Source of the DNA: an uncultured Actinomycetota bacterium
Lineage (GTDB): Bacteria > Actinomycetota > Actinomycetes > Propionibacteriales > Nocardioidaceae
Direction: 5' to 3'
Length of the DNA stretch: 64,000 nt
Assembly: GCA_963729015.1 (NCBI GenBank)
Contig: CAVSMJ010000007.1
Coordinates: forward strand, 13,094-77,093
The position numbers and the translations under genes are program-made. Positions 11,777 through 22,287 of the stretch are shown here, piece after piece. Position 1 is the stretch's first letter, and every line of letters starts with the position of its first letter. A model generated the notes under the pieces. The model had not been told where the DNA came from. It worked only from the letters and a program-made list of their open reading frames with translations, and did not search any database.

Positions 11777-12245
11777 CGCGGCGACATCACGCCGTCGGGG
11801 TCGATGCGCTCCAGCATCGGCGCCGGCGATCTCGGCAAGCTGGGCGACCTGCTTCGGCGTGAGCGCGTCGATCACGTTCTCGCGCACGGTCGTCGACGTG
11901 GCCGGGCGCCGTGTCGACGACCTTGGTCCAGCCCGCCTCGGTGAGCCGCGCGTTGGTGGCCCGGCCGTCCTCCGGACACGGGAAGCGCTCGACGAGACCG
12001 CGCTCCTCGAGGCGGCGTACGACGTGGGAGAGGCGGGGCAGGGTGGCGTTCGTCCGCAGCGCCAGAGCGGTCATCCGCAGGGTGCGCTGCGGAGCCTCGG
12101 AGAGCATCGCGAGCAGGAAGTACTCGAAGTGGGTGAGGTCGGCGTCGCGCCGCAGCTGCGTGTCGAGCACGCCGGGCAGCAGCTCGACCATCGCGATCAG
12201 GCGCACCCACGCGGCCTGCTGCTCGTCGTCCAGCCAGTCGGTCAT
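11773..12245 (-). CDS. MarR family regulator, frameshifted
   Basis: WLDDEQQAAW, LTHFEYFLLAMLSEAP, RLSHVVRRLEERGLVER, DGRATNARLT. Confidence 0.9.
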
Positions 12246-12263
12246 GGGACGCAGTCTAGCGGA

Positions 12264-12317
12264 TTAGTTGACGCTACAAGTTATTCGGCGTACGGTCTTA
12301 GTTGTAGGCACAACCAA
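12264..12317. promoter_or_regulatory. Two MarR-type palindromes TTAGTTG-N5-ACAA in the divergent promoter
   Basis: ttagttgacgctacaagtta (12264-12283) and ttagttgtaggcacaaccaa (12298-12317) between marR and the reductase. Confidence 0.6.
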
Positions 12318-12334
12318 TCCCCCAGGAGCTTCTC

Positions 12335-12911
12335 ATGGCAAGCATCAGCATCATCGGCACCGGCAACATGGGCCAGGCCATCGCGGCCATCGCCGGCAAG
12401 GGCGACAACACCGTCGAGCTGTTCAACACCTCCGACGCCGACCGCCAGGTCACCGGCGACATCGTCGTGCTGGCCGTCCCCTACCCCGCCGTCGCGGGCG
12501 TCCTCGCCGAGCGCGGCGCCAGCCTCGCGGGCAAGGTCGTCGTGGACATCACCAACCCGCTGAACTTCGAGACCTTCGACTCGCTCACCGTTCCCGCCGA
12601 CAGCTCGGCCGCCGCCGAGATCGCCGCGGCGCTGCCCGAGTCGCGCGTCGTCAAGGCGTTCAACACCAACTTCGCCAGCACCCTCGCCTCGGGCGCCGTC
12701 GGCGACCTGACCACGACCGTGCTGATCGCCGGCGACGACGCCGACGCGAAGGCGCAGGTCTCCGAGGTCGTCGCGAGCGGCGGCCTGGAGGCGATCGACG
12801 CCGGCCCGCTGAGCCGTGCCCGCGAGCTCGAGGCGATCGGCTTCCTGCAGATCAAGCTCGCGTCGGCCGAGAAGGTCTCCTGGACCGGCGGCTTCGGCGA
12901 TCGTTGCCTGA
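12335..12911 (+). CDS. NADPH-dependent F420 reductase-like oxidoreductase
   Basis: Rossmann IIGTGNMG, VVLAVPY, VVDITNP, VVKAFNTNFA; probable stop TGA 12909-12911 after a terminal indel. Confidence 0.85.
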
Positions 12912-12997
12912 GTCTGTCCCGGCATTCGTCGTTGGCCGCCGCCGGAGCGGCGCACCATGGAGGAGCGCCCGCGCTCCGCGGGCCGGGGGAGGACGTC

Positions 12998-13134
12998 ATG
13001 ACGCTTTTCATCGTGGTCGCCGCGGTCGTGCTCCTGGTCGTGGCCATCGGCTACCGCTACGACCGCAAGCACCGGCGCCTCGGCGACTGCCGATCGCCAG
13101 CGCCGCGGATAGTCACCTGAGCGAGCATCCGTGA
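12998..13134 (+). CDS. Small single-pass membrane protein (about 45 aa), copy 1
   Basis: RBS ggagg, MTLFIVVAAVVLLVVAIGYRYDRKHRRLG; stop at 13120 or 13134 depending on an indel. Confidence 0.5.
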
Positions 13135-13245
13135 CGCGCGGAGCATGCCGCAGGCTGAGCACGGCAACGTCGCCTGAAAAGTCTGCCGACCGAGCGATGG
13201 CGCACGGTGATCTGAGCGCCCGCTCCACGGGGCGGAGGGAGTCGC

Positions 13246-13485
13246 ATGTCCCCGGTCCTCATCTCATCGTGGTCGTGCTCGTCGTGGCTGTCTTCGGCCC
13301 TGGCGATCAGGCGACGACCTGCGACACGGCGCCTCGGCGCGATGGGCCAGTCGCGCCAGATCCTCGCCGGCAAGAGAAACAGCCGTAGGACGCGGGCTGG
13401 CGAGAGCGGCAGTCCTGGGGACGCTCGGTCACTGGCGTCGACGGATGCGACTCGCTACCGCAGCACCGTCGCCGCGGTGACCTGA
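13246..13485 (+). CDS. Small single-pass membrane protein, copy 2 (frameshifted; end uncertain)
   Basis: RBS ggaggg, MSPVLI..IVVVLVVAVF..ALAIRRRPATRRLG; leader similar to copy 1. Confidence 0.4.
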   Translation: MSPVLISSWSCSSWLSSALAIRRRPATRRLGAMGQSRQILAGKRNSRRTRAGESGSPGDARSLASTDATRYRSTVAAVT

Positions 13486-13549
13486 TCACGCGGGGTAGGC
13501 GCGCGGTTCGGCGATTCTGGAGCGCACCCGAGCTGAGACCACAAGCTGC

Positions 13550-14195
13550 TCAGAGCACCCCGTCCAGCGAGTGGTCGCCGATGCTGGCCTTGGCGGCGAG
13601 GTAGCGGCCGTTCGACGGTGACAGGTGCACGCCTCGTCGGCACCCGCTCGGCGACGGTGACGCCGAGTCCGGTCGAGCTGCGCGGCCTTGTCCGGGTTGT
13701 TGCTGAGCAGGGCGACCTGCGACTCCCCCAGCGCCCGCAGCATCTGCGCGGCGGCGCTGTAGTCGCGCGCGTCGGCCTCGCAGCCGAGGGCGAGGTTGGC
13801 CTCGTAGGTGTCGAGGCCGTCGTCCTGGAGCAGGTAGGCGTCGAGCTTGCGGTAGAGCCCGATGCCGCGGCCCTCCTGGCGCAGGTAGAGCAGGTAGCCG
13901 CCGGCCTCGGTGATCCGCTCGACCGACTCGCGCAGCTGCGGCCCGCAGTCGCAGCGCTGGCTGCCGAACACGTCGCCGGTCAGGCACTCGCTGTGCAGCC
14001 GGACCAGGGGCGGCCGGTCGTCCCGGCTGGCGCAGTGCGCTGACCCGGTCGCCGAGGCCGAGCGCGAGGTGCTCCTGGCCGTCGACGAGGCCGTCGAAGG
14101 TGAACACGCGGGCGCGGGTGGCGAAGCCGTCGGCGAACTCGAGCGGTACGACGAGCTGGGTGCGGATCGTCGCGACGGGCAGGGTCGCTGGTCAT
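13550..14195 (-). CDS. ribA: GTP cyclohydrolase II (RibA-like), frameshifted
   Basis: [58 protein letters not shown]. Confidence 0.9.
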
Positions 14196-14902
14196 GCGCT
14201 CTCCTCGGTCAGGTCCAGGCAGAAGCGGGACGACAGCGCGTAGCGGAGCAGCACGACGTCCCCGATCGGACGCACCTCCGCCAGCCGCGCCCGTCGGCCG
14301 GGGTTGAAGGGGAACCGTCCGTCGCCGACGAACCGGCTGGCCCGCGAGTCGCCGACGAAGAACGGCGCGACCACCAGCTGCAGCTCGTCGGCCAGGTCGG
14401 CGGTGAGGAACTGGGTGTGCACCGTGCCGCCGCCCTCGACCATCAGCCGGCGTACGCCGCGGCGGCGCAGGTCCTCGCTCATCCGGCGTACGTCGACCGG
14501 CTGGCCGCCGTCGACCACGGTGGCCACCTCGCCGAGCCGTCGCGGGCCGCGGGCGACGGCGTCGCTGGCGCAGTAGACGAGCTTCTCGCTGTCGCCGGTG
14601 GCGAAGAAGTCGGCGCACGGGTCGAGCTCGGCCCGGCGGGTGACGGTCACCTTGATCGGCGAACGACGCAGCCCGCGGGCCGCGCGTCGCTCGACCCGGG
14701 CCGGCTTGCGGACGAGCAGCCGCGGGTTGTCGTGGCGGATCGTCGCGGCGCCGACCATGATCGCGTCGCAGCCGGCGCGCACGTCGTCGACCCGGTCGAG
14801 GTCGGCCTCGTTGGAGAGGATCAGCCGGTCGCCGGTGCCGCGGTCGAGGTAGCCGTCGATCGAGATGCCGCAGCTCAGCAGGGTGTAGGGACGCTCACGC
14901 AT
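14192..14902 (-). CDS. RibD C-terminal-type pyrimidine reductase (no deaminase domain)
   Basis: [55 protein letters not shown]. Confidence 0.9.
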   Translation of the reverse strand: MRERPYTLLSCGISIDGYLDRGTGDRLILSNEADLDRVDDVRAGCDAIMVGAATIRHDNPRLLVRKPARVERRAARGLRRSPIKVTVTRRAELDPCADFFATGDSEKLVYCASDAVARGPRRLGEVATVVDGGQPVDVRRMSEDLRRRGVRRLMVEGGGTVHTQFLTADLADELQLVVAPFFVGDSRASRFVGDGRFPFNPGRRARLAEVRPIGDVVLLRYALSSRFCLDLTEESA

Positions 14903-15820
14903 GGGCGGGCCTCCGCACGCCCATCAGCAGTACGACGGCGCCGGGCAGGCTGGCCACGAGCACCATCACGCCGTAGACCACGGCGGTCGCGACACCCTGC
15001 GCCGGCACCGAGCCCGGCCGCGCCGAAGACCCACGCGGCCACGCCCTCGCGCGGACCCCAGCCCGCCACGTTGGCGGGGATGCCCATCGCGACCAGCACG
15101 AGCAGCGCGAGCGGCACCAGCTCGAGGGTCGAGGTGGTGGAGCCGGCGGTGCGCGCCGCGACCAGGAACGTGATCACGTGGCCGACGACGGCGAGCGCCG
15201 AGGCGAGCAGGATCACCGGCCAGGCACGCCGCGCGAACACCCCGGTGCGGAGGTCGCTGACGACGGTGGCGAACCGCCCGCGACACCCGCGTCGCACCAC
15301 CGCGAGCGAGCAGCGCCCGGACCCGAGGGCCAGCACGAGCACGACCGCGACGACCGGCGTCGCCACGACCGGGACCGACGAGCGCACCGGTGAGGGCAGC
15401 GCGAGCAGCACCAGCACCGCGAGCACGACCTGGACGACCTGGCCGGTGACGCGGTCCCACACCACGGCCCGAGCACCGCGAGGCAGGTCGCCGGCGTCAC
15501 GGCCGTGGCGCACGGCGCGGTGGACGTCGCCCAGCACGCCGCCGGGCAGGGTGGAGTTGAGGAACTGCGAGCGGTAGTACGCCGCGACCGCCGTCGCGCA
15601 GCGGCAGGCCCACGCCCATCCCCCGCACCACCACGCTCCAGCGCCAGGCGCAGCACGCCGTCGTGCCCACCGCGATCAGCGGTGGCGACGAGCGAGCGCG
15701 CGGCCGTCGACCGTGCGCAGCCCGTCGAGGAACGGTCCGCTGCCCAGCCGCCAGACCAGCGACGAGCAGGATCGCCGCCCCTGCGACGAGGCGGACCCGG
15801 GCCCAGGTGCGCCGGCTCAT
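14895..15820 (-). CDS. Lysylphosphatidylglycerol-synthase TM (UPF0104) flippase-like membrane protein, frameshifted
   Basis: [46 protein letters not shown]; start and stop overlap neighbouring genes. Confidence 0.8.
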
Positions 15821-16858
15821 CGGGCCACCTCCTCGAGCACCCGCGCGACCCGTTCGGCGGTGTCCGGCCAGCCGGCCAGCGTCGTACGACGCTCGCGGGC
15901 GGCCGCACGCAGTCGTGCCGGAGCGCCTCGTCGAGCAGCCAGCGGCGCAGCGACCGAGGCCATCGCGGCGCGTCGTCGGGCGGCACCAGCAGGCCGGGCG
16001 TCCCCCGGCGGCGGTGGACCCGAGCGCCTCGGGCAGCCCGCCGACCTCGGTCGCCAGCACCGGGAGCCCGCGCGCGAGCGACTCGGTGACCACCATCCCC
16101 CAGCTCTCGCGCGCGGGTGGCCAGCACCAGCACGTCGGCCGCGGCGTAGGCCTTGTCGAGCGCGCGCGCCGGCAGTGCGCCGGTCCAGGTGACCCGGTCG
16201 GCGATGCCGAGCTCGGCCGCATGGCCGCTGCAGCCGCGTCGACGAGCGCCCGGTCGCGGTCGAGCGAGCCGACGCAGGTCAGGTGCCAGGGCAGGTCGGC
16301 GACCTCGGCGAGCGCCGCCAGCAGCACGTCGTGGCCCTTGTCGGGCGTGACCGCGGCGACGCAGAGCAGCTCGCCACCCGCTCGCTTCCCGTCGGCCAGG
16401 TCGGCCGGGTCGACGCCCGGGCGCGGCGACGTGACACCCGCTCGGCGCGCAGCGCGTAGTGGTCGACGCACCCAGCGCCGGCTCCACTCGCTCGTGGTCA
16501 CCACGGCGGTCGCGGCCGTCAGCACCCGGCCCTCGGCGACGCTGGCCTCGACGTCGCGCTCGCCGAACGGCATGTGCAGGAGTACGACGAGCCGCAGCCG
16601 GTCGGCCTCGGCGAGCACGGCCTGGGCCGAGCGACGGCGACCAGCCCGTCGACCAGCACGACCGCGTCGTCGGGCAGCGACGCCAGGACATCGGCCAGGA
16701 CACCGGCCGGGGTGTCGGTGACCGGGTGCTCCCCCACCGACCACCCCGACCGGGTCAGCTCCTGGACGAGCGCGGCGGTCGTAGACGTTGCCGCCGCTGG
16801 GCCTGGTCGGGTCGTCGATCCCCTCGGGCACGACGACGTGCACCTGCGCCGTCGTCAT
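15817..16858 (-). CDS. Glycosyltransferase family 4, frameshifted
   Basis: [54 protein letters not shown] (EX7E motif). Confidence 0.85.
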
Positions 16859-17255
16859 GGCGCCCGCTCGTAGCTCGCCCACGCGACGTGGGACTCGTGC
16901 AGGGTCACCGCGACGGCCGTGATCCCGCGCGCACCCTCGCCGAGCGCGCCGGCGTGGATCCGGTCGCAGAGCCGGTCGGCGACGACGCGGGCGAGCACCT
17001 CGGTCGTGGTGTTGGTGCCCTCGAGCAGCGGCTCGTCGTCGAGGTTGCGGTAGGTCAGCTCGCCGAGCACCGTCGCGCAGCTCGTCGGTGGCCCGGCCGA
17101 TGTCGACCACGATGCCGTCGTCGTCGAGGTCGGGGCGGCGGAAGGTCGCGTCGACGACGAAGGTCGCGCCGTGCAGTCGCTGCGCCGGTCCGAAGACCTC
17201 GCCCGGACAGGCTGTGCGCCACCATCATGTGGTCGCGGACGGTCACGCTGAACAC
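16855..17255 (-). CDS. 6-pyruvoyl-tetrahydropterin synthase/QueD-fold protein (COG0720, PTPS-IV-like)
   Basis: [55 protein letters not shown]; FGPA replaces the CxxxHGH of QueD. Confidence 0.85.
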
Positions 17256-17256
17256 G

Positions 17257-18249
17257 TCAGCTCCCTCCGTCGTAGGTGATCGTGTGGCACAGCGCGGCGA
17301 GCTTGCCGGAGGCGAGCTGCGGCATCACGTCGGGCAGCTCCTCGAACCGCGAGGTCCCGGTCAGCAGCGCGTCGAACGCCGGGTCGCGCAGCAGGTCGAG
17401 GGCGAGCGCCATCCGCTCCGCCGTCGTACGACGCCCGCGGCGCGGCGTGGCCACCGTGCCGACCTGGCTCGACCGGATCGCGAGCCGGTCGGAGTGGAAC
17501 GCGCCGCCGAGGGAGAGCTGCACCTCGCGCGTCGCCGTACCAGCTCAGGTCGAGCACCGTCGCCCTCCGGCACCAGCAGGTCGAGCGAGCGCTGCAGCCC
17601 GGCCGAGGTGGCGCTGGTGTGCACGACCAGGTCCTGGCCGGCCGCGCGCGTCGGCCGGGCAGGGCGAACTCGCACCCCGAGCGCCGTCGGCGACGTCGGC
17701 CCGAGAGGGGTCGACGTCGACGAGGGTCACCCGACCCCCGGGATCCGTGCGAGCAGGCGCGCCACGCAGCAGCCGACCATCCGGCGCCGACGACGGTGAC
17801 GCGGTCGCCGACCAGCGGCCCGGCGTCCCACAGGGCGTTGACCGCCGTCTCGACGGTGCCGGCGAGCACCGCGCGCTCGGGCGGGACGTCGTCCGGGCAC
17901 GACGTGCACCGCCTCGGCCGGGACCACGTAGCGCGTCTGGTGCGGGTGCAGGCAGAACACCGTGCGGCCGCGCAGGTCGGCCGGGCCCTCCTCGACGACG
18001 CCGACGTTGAGGTAGCCGTACTTCACCGGTCCCGGGAAGTCGCCCTCCTGGAACGGCGCCCGCATCGCGGCGTGCTGGCTCTCCGGCACGCGGCCGTCGA
18101 AGACCAGCGCCTCGGTGCCGCGGCTGACGCCCGGAGCGCACGCGTGCGGACGAGCACCTCGTCGCGGCCGCGGGTCGGGCGAGCGCGACCGGGCGGATCT
18201 CGCCGACGCCGGGCTCGCGCACCCAGAACGCGTGTGCCTCGATCGCCAT
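17257..18249 (-). CDS. MDR/zinc-binding alcohol dehydrogenase-like protein, frameshifted
   Basis: [62 protein letters not shown]. Confidence 0.85.
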
Positions 18250-18281
18250 CGATCCACCCCACTCGGCCCGTCATCGCGTGT

Positions 18282-18307
18282 TGAACCGGCCCACCGGTCT
18301 CGCCGTA
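18282..18307 (+). promoter_or_regulatory. ECF17 (SigL/SigU-type) promoter for the CDP-alcohol phosphotransferase fusion gene
   Basis: TGAACC (18282-18287), 16 nt, CGTA (18304-18307). Confidence 0.75.
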
Positions 18308-18327
18308 CCAACTCCTGTAACCACCTG

Positions 18328-18353
18328 AACGGAGACGGAGTGCCCACGGTTCA
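18328..18353 (-). promoter_or_regulatory. ECF17 (SigL/SigU-type) promoter for the dehydrogenase-PTPS-GT-flippase-RibD-RibA operon
   Basis: Minus strand TGAACC (18353-18348), 16 nt gtgggcactccgtctc, CGTT (18331-18328). Confidence 0.75.
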
Positions 18354-20561
18354 AAGCGATCGTGACGAAAAGGCTGGTGGCCTGCGCGTCGGGCCGGCCA
18401 ATATCGTCACGTTCGTCCGCGGTGTCCTGTCTCGTGCGTCGTGGCCGGGCTGGTCGTCGAGTCGTTCTTCCGGCCCACCGAGGTCACGGCGCTCGTCGCG
18501 CTCAGCGCCGTCGCGCTGGTCCTCGACTGGGTCGACGGCCAGGTGGCGCGTCGTACGCACACGGAGTCGGCGTTCGGCGCGCGCTTCGACATGGAGGTCG
18601 ACGCGTTCCTGATCCTCGTGCTCAGCGTGTACGTCGCCACGTCGGTCGGCGCGTGGGTGCTCGCGATCGGGCTGGCCCGCTACCTGCTCCTCGCCGCCGA
18701 GCGCGTGCTCCCGTGGCTGCGCCGACCGACCCCGACCGCGCTACTGGGGCAAGGTCGTCGCCGCGCTCCAGGGCATCGTGCTGACGGTCGCCGCGGCCGA
18801 CGTGCTCCCCGCAGCCGCTGACCGAGCTCGCTCCTCGTGGTCGCGCTCGCGCTGCTCGCCGAGTCGTTCGGCCGCCAGGTCTGGTGGCTGTGGCGGACCC
18901 GGCACGGCGAGGTCGTCGACGCGAGGTTCACCGCGCCGCTGACGCTGCTCGCGGTGGTGCTGGTCTGGGTCGGCCTCACCCTGCCCAACCGGGTCGAGGA
19001 CCTCGAGCCCGGCCGCGTTCGTGCGGCTGCCGCTCGAGGTGCTCGTGCTCGTCGCCCTGGCCGTCGCTGCTGCCGGCGCGGGCCCGCAACGTCACCGCCA
19101 CCGTCGTCGGGGTCGTGCTGGCCCTGGTGATGATCGCGAAGACCCTCGACATGGGCTTCTACTTCGCGCTGAACCGCTCCTTCGACCCCGTCATCGACTG
19201 GACGTACGCCGGTTCGCTGGTCGGCCTGCTCCGCGACTCGTTCAGCACCACCGGCCGCGATCGTGCTGCTCTGACGCTGGCAGCCGTGCTCTTCGTCGCC
19301 CTGCTCGTGCTGACCCCGCTCGCCACTGCGCCGCCTGGGCGCGCTCGTCGCGCGGCACCGACGGGGTCACTTCGCGCCGCGACCGCCCTGGGCGCGGTCT
19401 GGGTCGTGACCGCGGCGCTCGGCCTCGGCTTCGCGCAGCCCTCGCTGCACACCGCGACCTCCGACGGCGCGGCGCCGTTCGCCTCGGCCAGCGCCGCCGC
19501 ACTACGCCTACACCGAGGTCAGCCGGATCCCCGCCGGGCTGCAGGACCAGCGGGAGTTCGCGCAGGCCGCGGCGAACGACCCGATGCGCGACGTACCCGG
19601 CGACCAGCTGCTCACCCGGCTGCGCGGCAAGGACGTGATCTTCGCGTTCGTCGAGAGCTACGGCCGCTCCGCGGTCCAGGGCTCGTCGTTCTCCCGCGGC
19701 GTCGACCGGGTCCTCGACGACGGCACCCGGCGCCTGCGCGCCGCACGGGTTCGACTCCCGCAGCGCGTTCCTGACCTCCCCGACCTTCGGGGCGATCAGC
19801 TGGCTGGCCCACTCGACGTTCCAGTCCGGGCTGTGGGTCGACAGCCAGCAGCGCTACGACGCGCTGATGACCAGCCAGCGGCTGACCCTGAGCACGCTGT
19901 TCGAGCGGGCCGGCTGGCGCACCGTCGGCGACATCCCGGCCAACACCCACGACTGGCCGCAGGGCGAGTTCTACGGCTACGACCAGCTCTACGACTCGCG
20001 CAACGTCGGCTACCGGGGTCCGCGGTTCGGCTACCCGACGATGCCCGACCAGTACACCCTCGACGCCTTCCAGCGGCTCGAGCTGAGCACGACAGCACCG
20101 CCAGCCGGTGATGGCCGAGATCGACCTGGTCTCCAGCCACGCCCCGTGGTCGCGGACGCCGCACCTGATCGACCAGGCCGACGTCGGCGACGGGTCGGTG
20201 TTCGAGGGGATGCCCGAGCAGGCGCCGTCGAAGAAGGTCATCTGGCGCTCGGCCGACCGGGTGCGGGCGGCGTACGGCCAGTCGATCGAGTACTCGCTCG
20301 AGCTCGCTGATCTCGTTCGTGGAGCACTACGGCGACGACGACCTCGTGCTGGTGCTGCTCGGCGACCACCAGCCCGCCAACATCGTCTCGGGCCAGGACG
20401 CCGACCACGACGTGCCGATCACCGTCGTGACCCGCGACCCGGCCGTGCTCGACCGGATCGCCGGCTGGGACTGGCAGGCCGGGATGAACCCGTCGCCCGA
20501 CGCGCCGGTCTGGCGGATGGACTCCTTCCGCGACCGCTTCCTCGGGGCGTTCGGCCCGTGA
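18340..20561 (+). CDS. CDP-alcohol phosphotransferase fused to a membrane-anchored alkaline-phosphatase/sulfatase-fold (LtaS-like) domain, frameshifted
   Basis: [27 protein letters not shown] (full CDP-AP signature); no stop at the junction [25 protein letters not shown]; then [31 protein letters not shown]. Confidence 0.75.
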
Positions 20562-20579
20562 CGACGTGAGACGGCACAC

Positions 20580-20604
20580 TGAACCTCCGGGGCCCTGTCC
20601 CGTA
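20580..20604 (+). promoter_or_regulatory. Autoregulatory ECF17 promoter of the sigma factor gene
   Basis: TGAACC (20580-20585), 15 nt, CGTA (20601-20604), just upstream of the sigma start. Confidence 0.65.
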
Positions 20605-20619
20605 TCAGTGGTGGGGGAG

Positions 20620-21153
20620 GTGAGGCAGTCGAGGTGCGATGCCGGCGACGAGGTCGCGCTGATGCAGCAGCTGCACGACGAGCACGCCGCTGCGCTCTGG
20701 GGCTACTGCCTGCGCCTGACCGGCCACGACCGGGCCCGGGCGGAGGACGTCGTCCAGGAGACGCTGCTGCGCGCGTGGCGCAACCGCGACGTGCTGGACA
20801 ACCCGCCTCCCGCCGTGCGCGGCTGGCTGTTCACCGTGGCCCGCAACATCGTCATCGACGAGTGGCGCAGCCGGCGGGCCCGCAGCGAGACACCGGTCGC
20901 CGACGTGCCCGAGAACGCCACCCAGGACGACAGCACCGACCAGCTGCTGCTCTCGTGGGTGGTCGCCGAGGCGATCACCCGACTTTCGGAGGAGCACCGC
21001 GCCGTGCTGCTCGAGTGCTACTACCGCGGTCGCCCGGTCTCCGAGGCGGCCAAGCGGCTCGGCATACCCGAGGGCACCGTGAAGTCCCGCACCCACTACG
21101 CGCTGCGCGCGCTGCGGCTCGCCCTCGAAGAGATGGGGGTGGGCGCCGCATGA
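20620..21153 (+). CDS. ECF RNA polymerase sigma factor (SigL/SigU-like, ECF17)
   Basis: AEDVVQETLLRAWR, RGWLFTVARNIVIDEWRSR, LGIPEGTVKSRTHYALRALR; followed by a ZAS anti-sigma. Confidence 0.9.
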   Translation: MRQSRCDAGDEVALMQQLHDEHAAALWGYCLRLTGHDRARAEDVVQETLLRAWRNRDVLDNPPPAVRGWLFTVARNIVIDEWRSRRARSETPVADVPENATQDDSTDQLLLSWVVAEAITRLSEEHRAVLLECYYRGRPVSEAAKRLGIPEGTVKSRTHYALRALRLALEEMGVGAA

Positions 21154-21862
21154 GCACTGCGACTACGCCGAGTGGGACGGCTCCTACGTCCTCGGGGCCC
21201 TGTCGCCCGCCGAGCGCCAGGACTACGAGCAGCACCTGGCCACCTGCAAGGACTGCGCCCGCTCCGTGCGCGAGCTGGCCGGGCTGCCCGGGCTGCTCTC
21301 GCGCGTCGACCCGCGTCGTCCTGGAGCCCGCGCCGGCCGTGGAGCCGGTGCCCGAGACCTGCTGCCCTCGCTCGTGCGCGAGGTCAGCCGCAGCCGGCGT
21401 CGGCGCGTCTACGGCATGGCCGGTCTGGCCGCCGCGGCCGCGGTCGCCATCGGGCTGGTCGTCGTCCAGGGCGTCGCCGGGGACGACAACCCTCCGGCAG
21501 CGTCGCCTCCCGCGCCGCGAGCCCGAGCGCGACCGCCCCGGTCGGGCCAGGCGATGAGCCCGGTCGGCGACGCGCCGGTGACGGCGTCGGTCGCGTTCAC
21601 GCCGGTCACGTGGGGCACCAAGCTCGACCTGACCTGCAGCTACGAGCCCACGCCGGGCGAGTACCAGCTGCCGCGACGGGTGACCTACGGGCTGTTCGTG
21701 GTCAACCGCGACGGCAGCGCGGAGCAGGTCGGCACCTGGCAGCGCGCTCGACGGCCGGACCATGCGGCTGGCGGCGCGCGACGGCCGCCCGCCGAGCCGA
21801 CATCGCCTCAGTGGAGGTGCGCACCACCGACGGACGACCCGTCCTGCAAGCTGGTGGCGTGA
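21150..21862 (+). CDS. Zinc-finger (ZAS) transmembrane anti-sigma factor, RslA/RsuA-like, frameshifted
   Basis: YVLGALSPAER..YEQHLATCKDC (HxxxCxxC), ELAGLPGLL, TM helix, WGTKLDLTCSY, EQVGTW. Confidence 0.85.
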
Positions 21863-21864
21863 CC

Positions 21865-22236
21865 TCAGCGGGTTGTCCGCGAGGAGCAGCAGCGGCTCCG
21901 GAGCACGATCGCGGCCGCCTCGGAGATCGCGGCCGCCCACACGTAGCCGCCGACCCAGCGCTCGTGCACGTCGAAGAAGCCCGACGGCAGCGTCGAGATG
22001 ATGAAGGCGCCGAGCGTCGAGACGCCGAAGCCCAGGGTCAGGAACGCCGGGATCCAGTGCTTCCACGCCACCAGCAGCACGGCGATCACGACGCCGGCGA
22101 CGGCGTTGAGCAGGAAGGCCGGCCCGACGACGTCGAGGTCCTTCATCCCGTCGTTCCACAGGTGGTAGTGCACGTACGCCGAGACCAGGACGGCGATCGC
22201 CGCCAGCCACCGGGCATACCTCAGGTTGTCCGTCAT
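21865..22236 (-). CDS. Small 4-TM hypothetical membrane protein with His residues
   Basis: RBS ggagg; [44 protein letters not shown]. Confidence 0.75.
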   Translation of the reverse strand: MTDNLRYARWLAAIAVLVSAYVHYHLWNDGMKDLDVVGPAFLLNAVAGVVIAVLLVAWKHWIPAFLTLGFGVSTLGAFIISTLPSGFFDVHERWVGGYVWAAAISEAAAIVLRSRCCSSRTTR

Positions 22237-22287
22237 GGTGTCCTCCGTAGTCCGCGAGGTCCTCGACGATCGAGGCCTCCTAGGAAA

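Noticed and set aside
12335-13120. F420 reductase with C-terminal TM tail
   Set aside because: A terminal indel bypasses TGA 12909-12911; the TM segment has its own RBS and ATG at 12998.
13550-14902. ribA/ribD as a riboflavin operon with FMN riboswitch
   Set aside because: No riboflavin synthase, lumazine synthase, ribB or deaminase domain, and no riboswitch-sized leader; the context is the PTPS-IV cluster.
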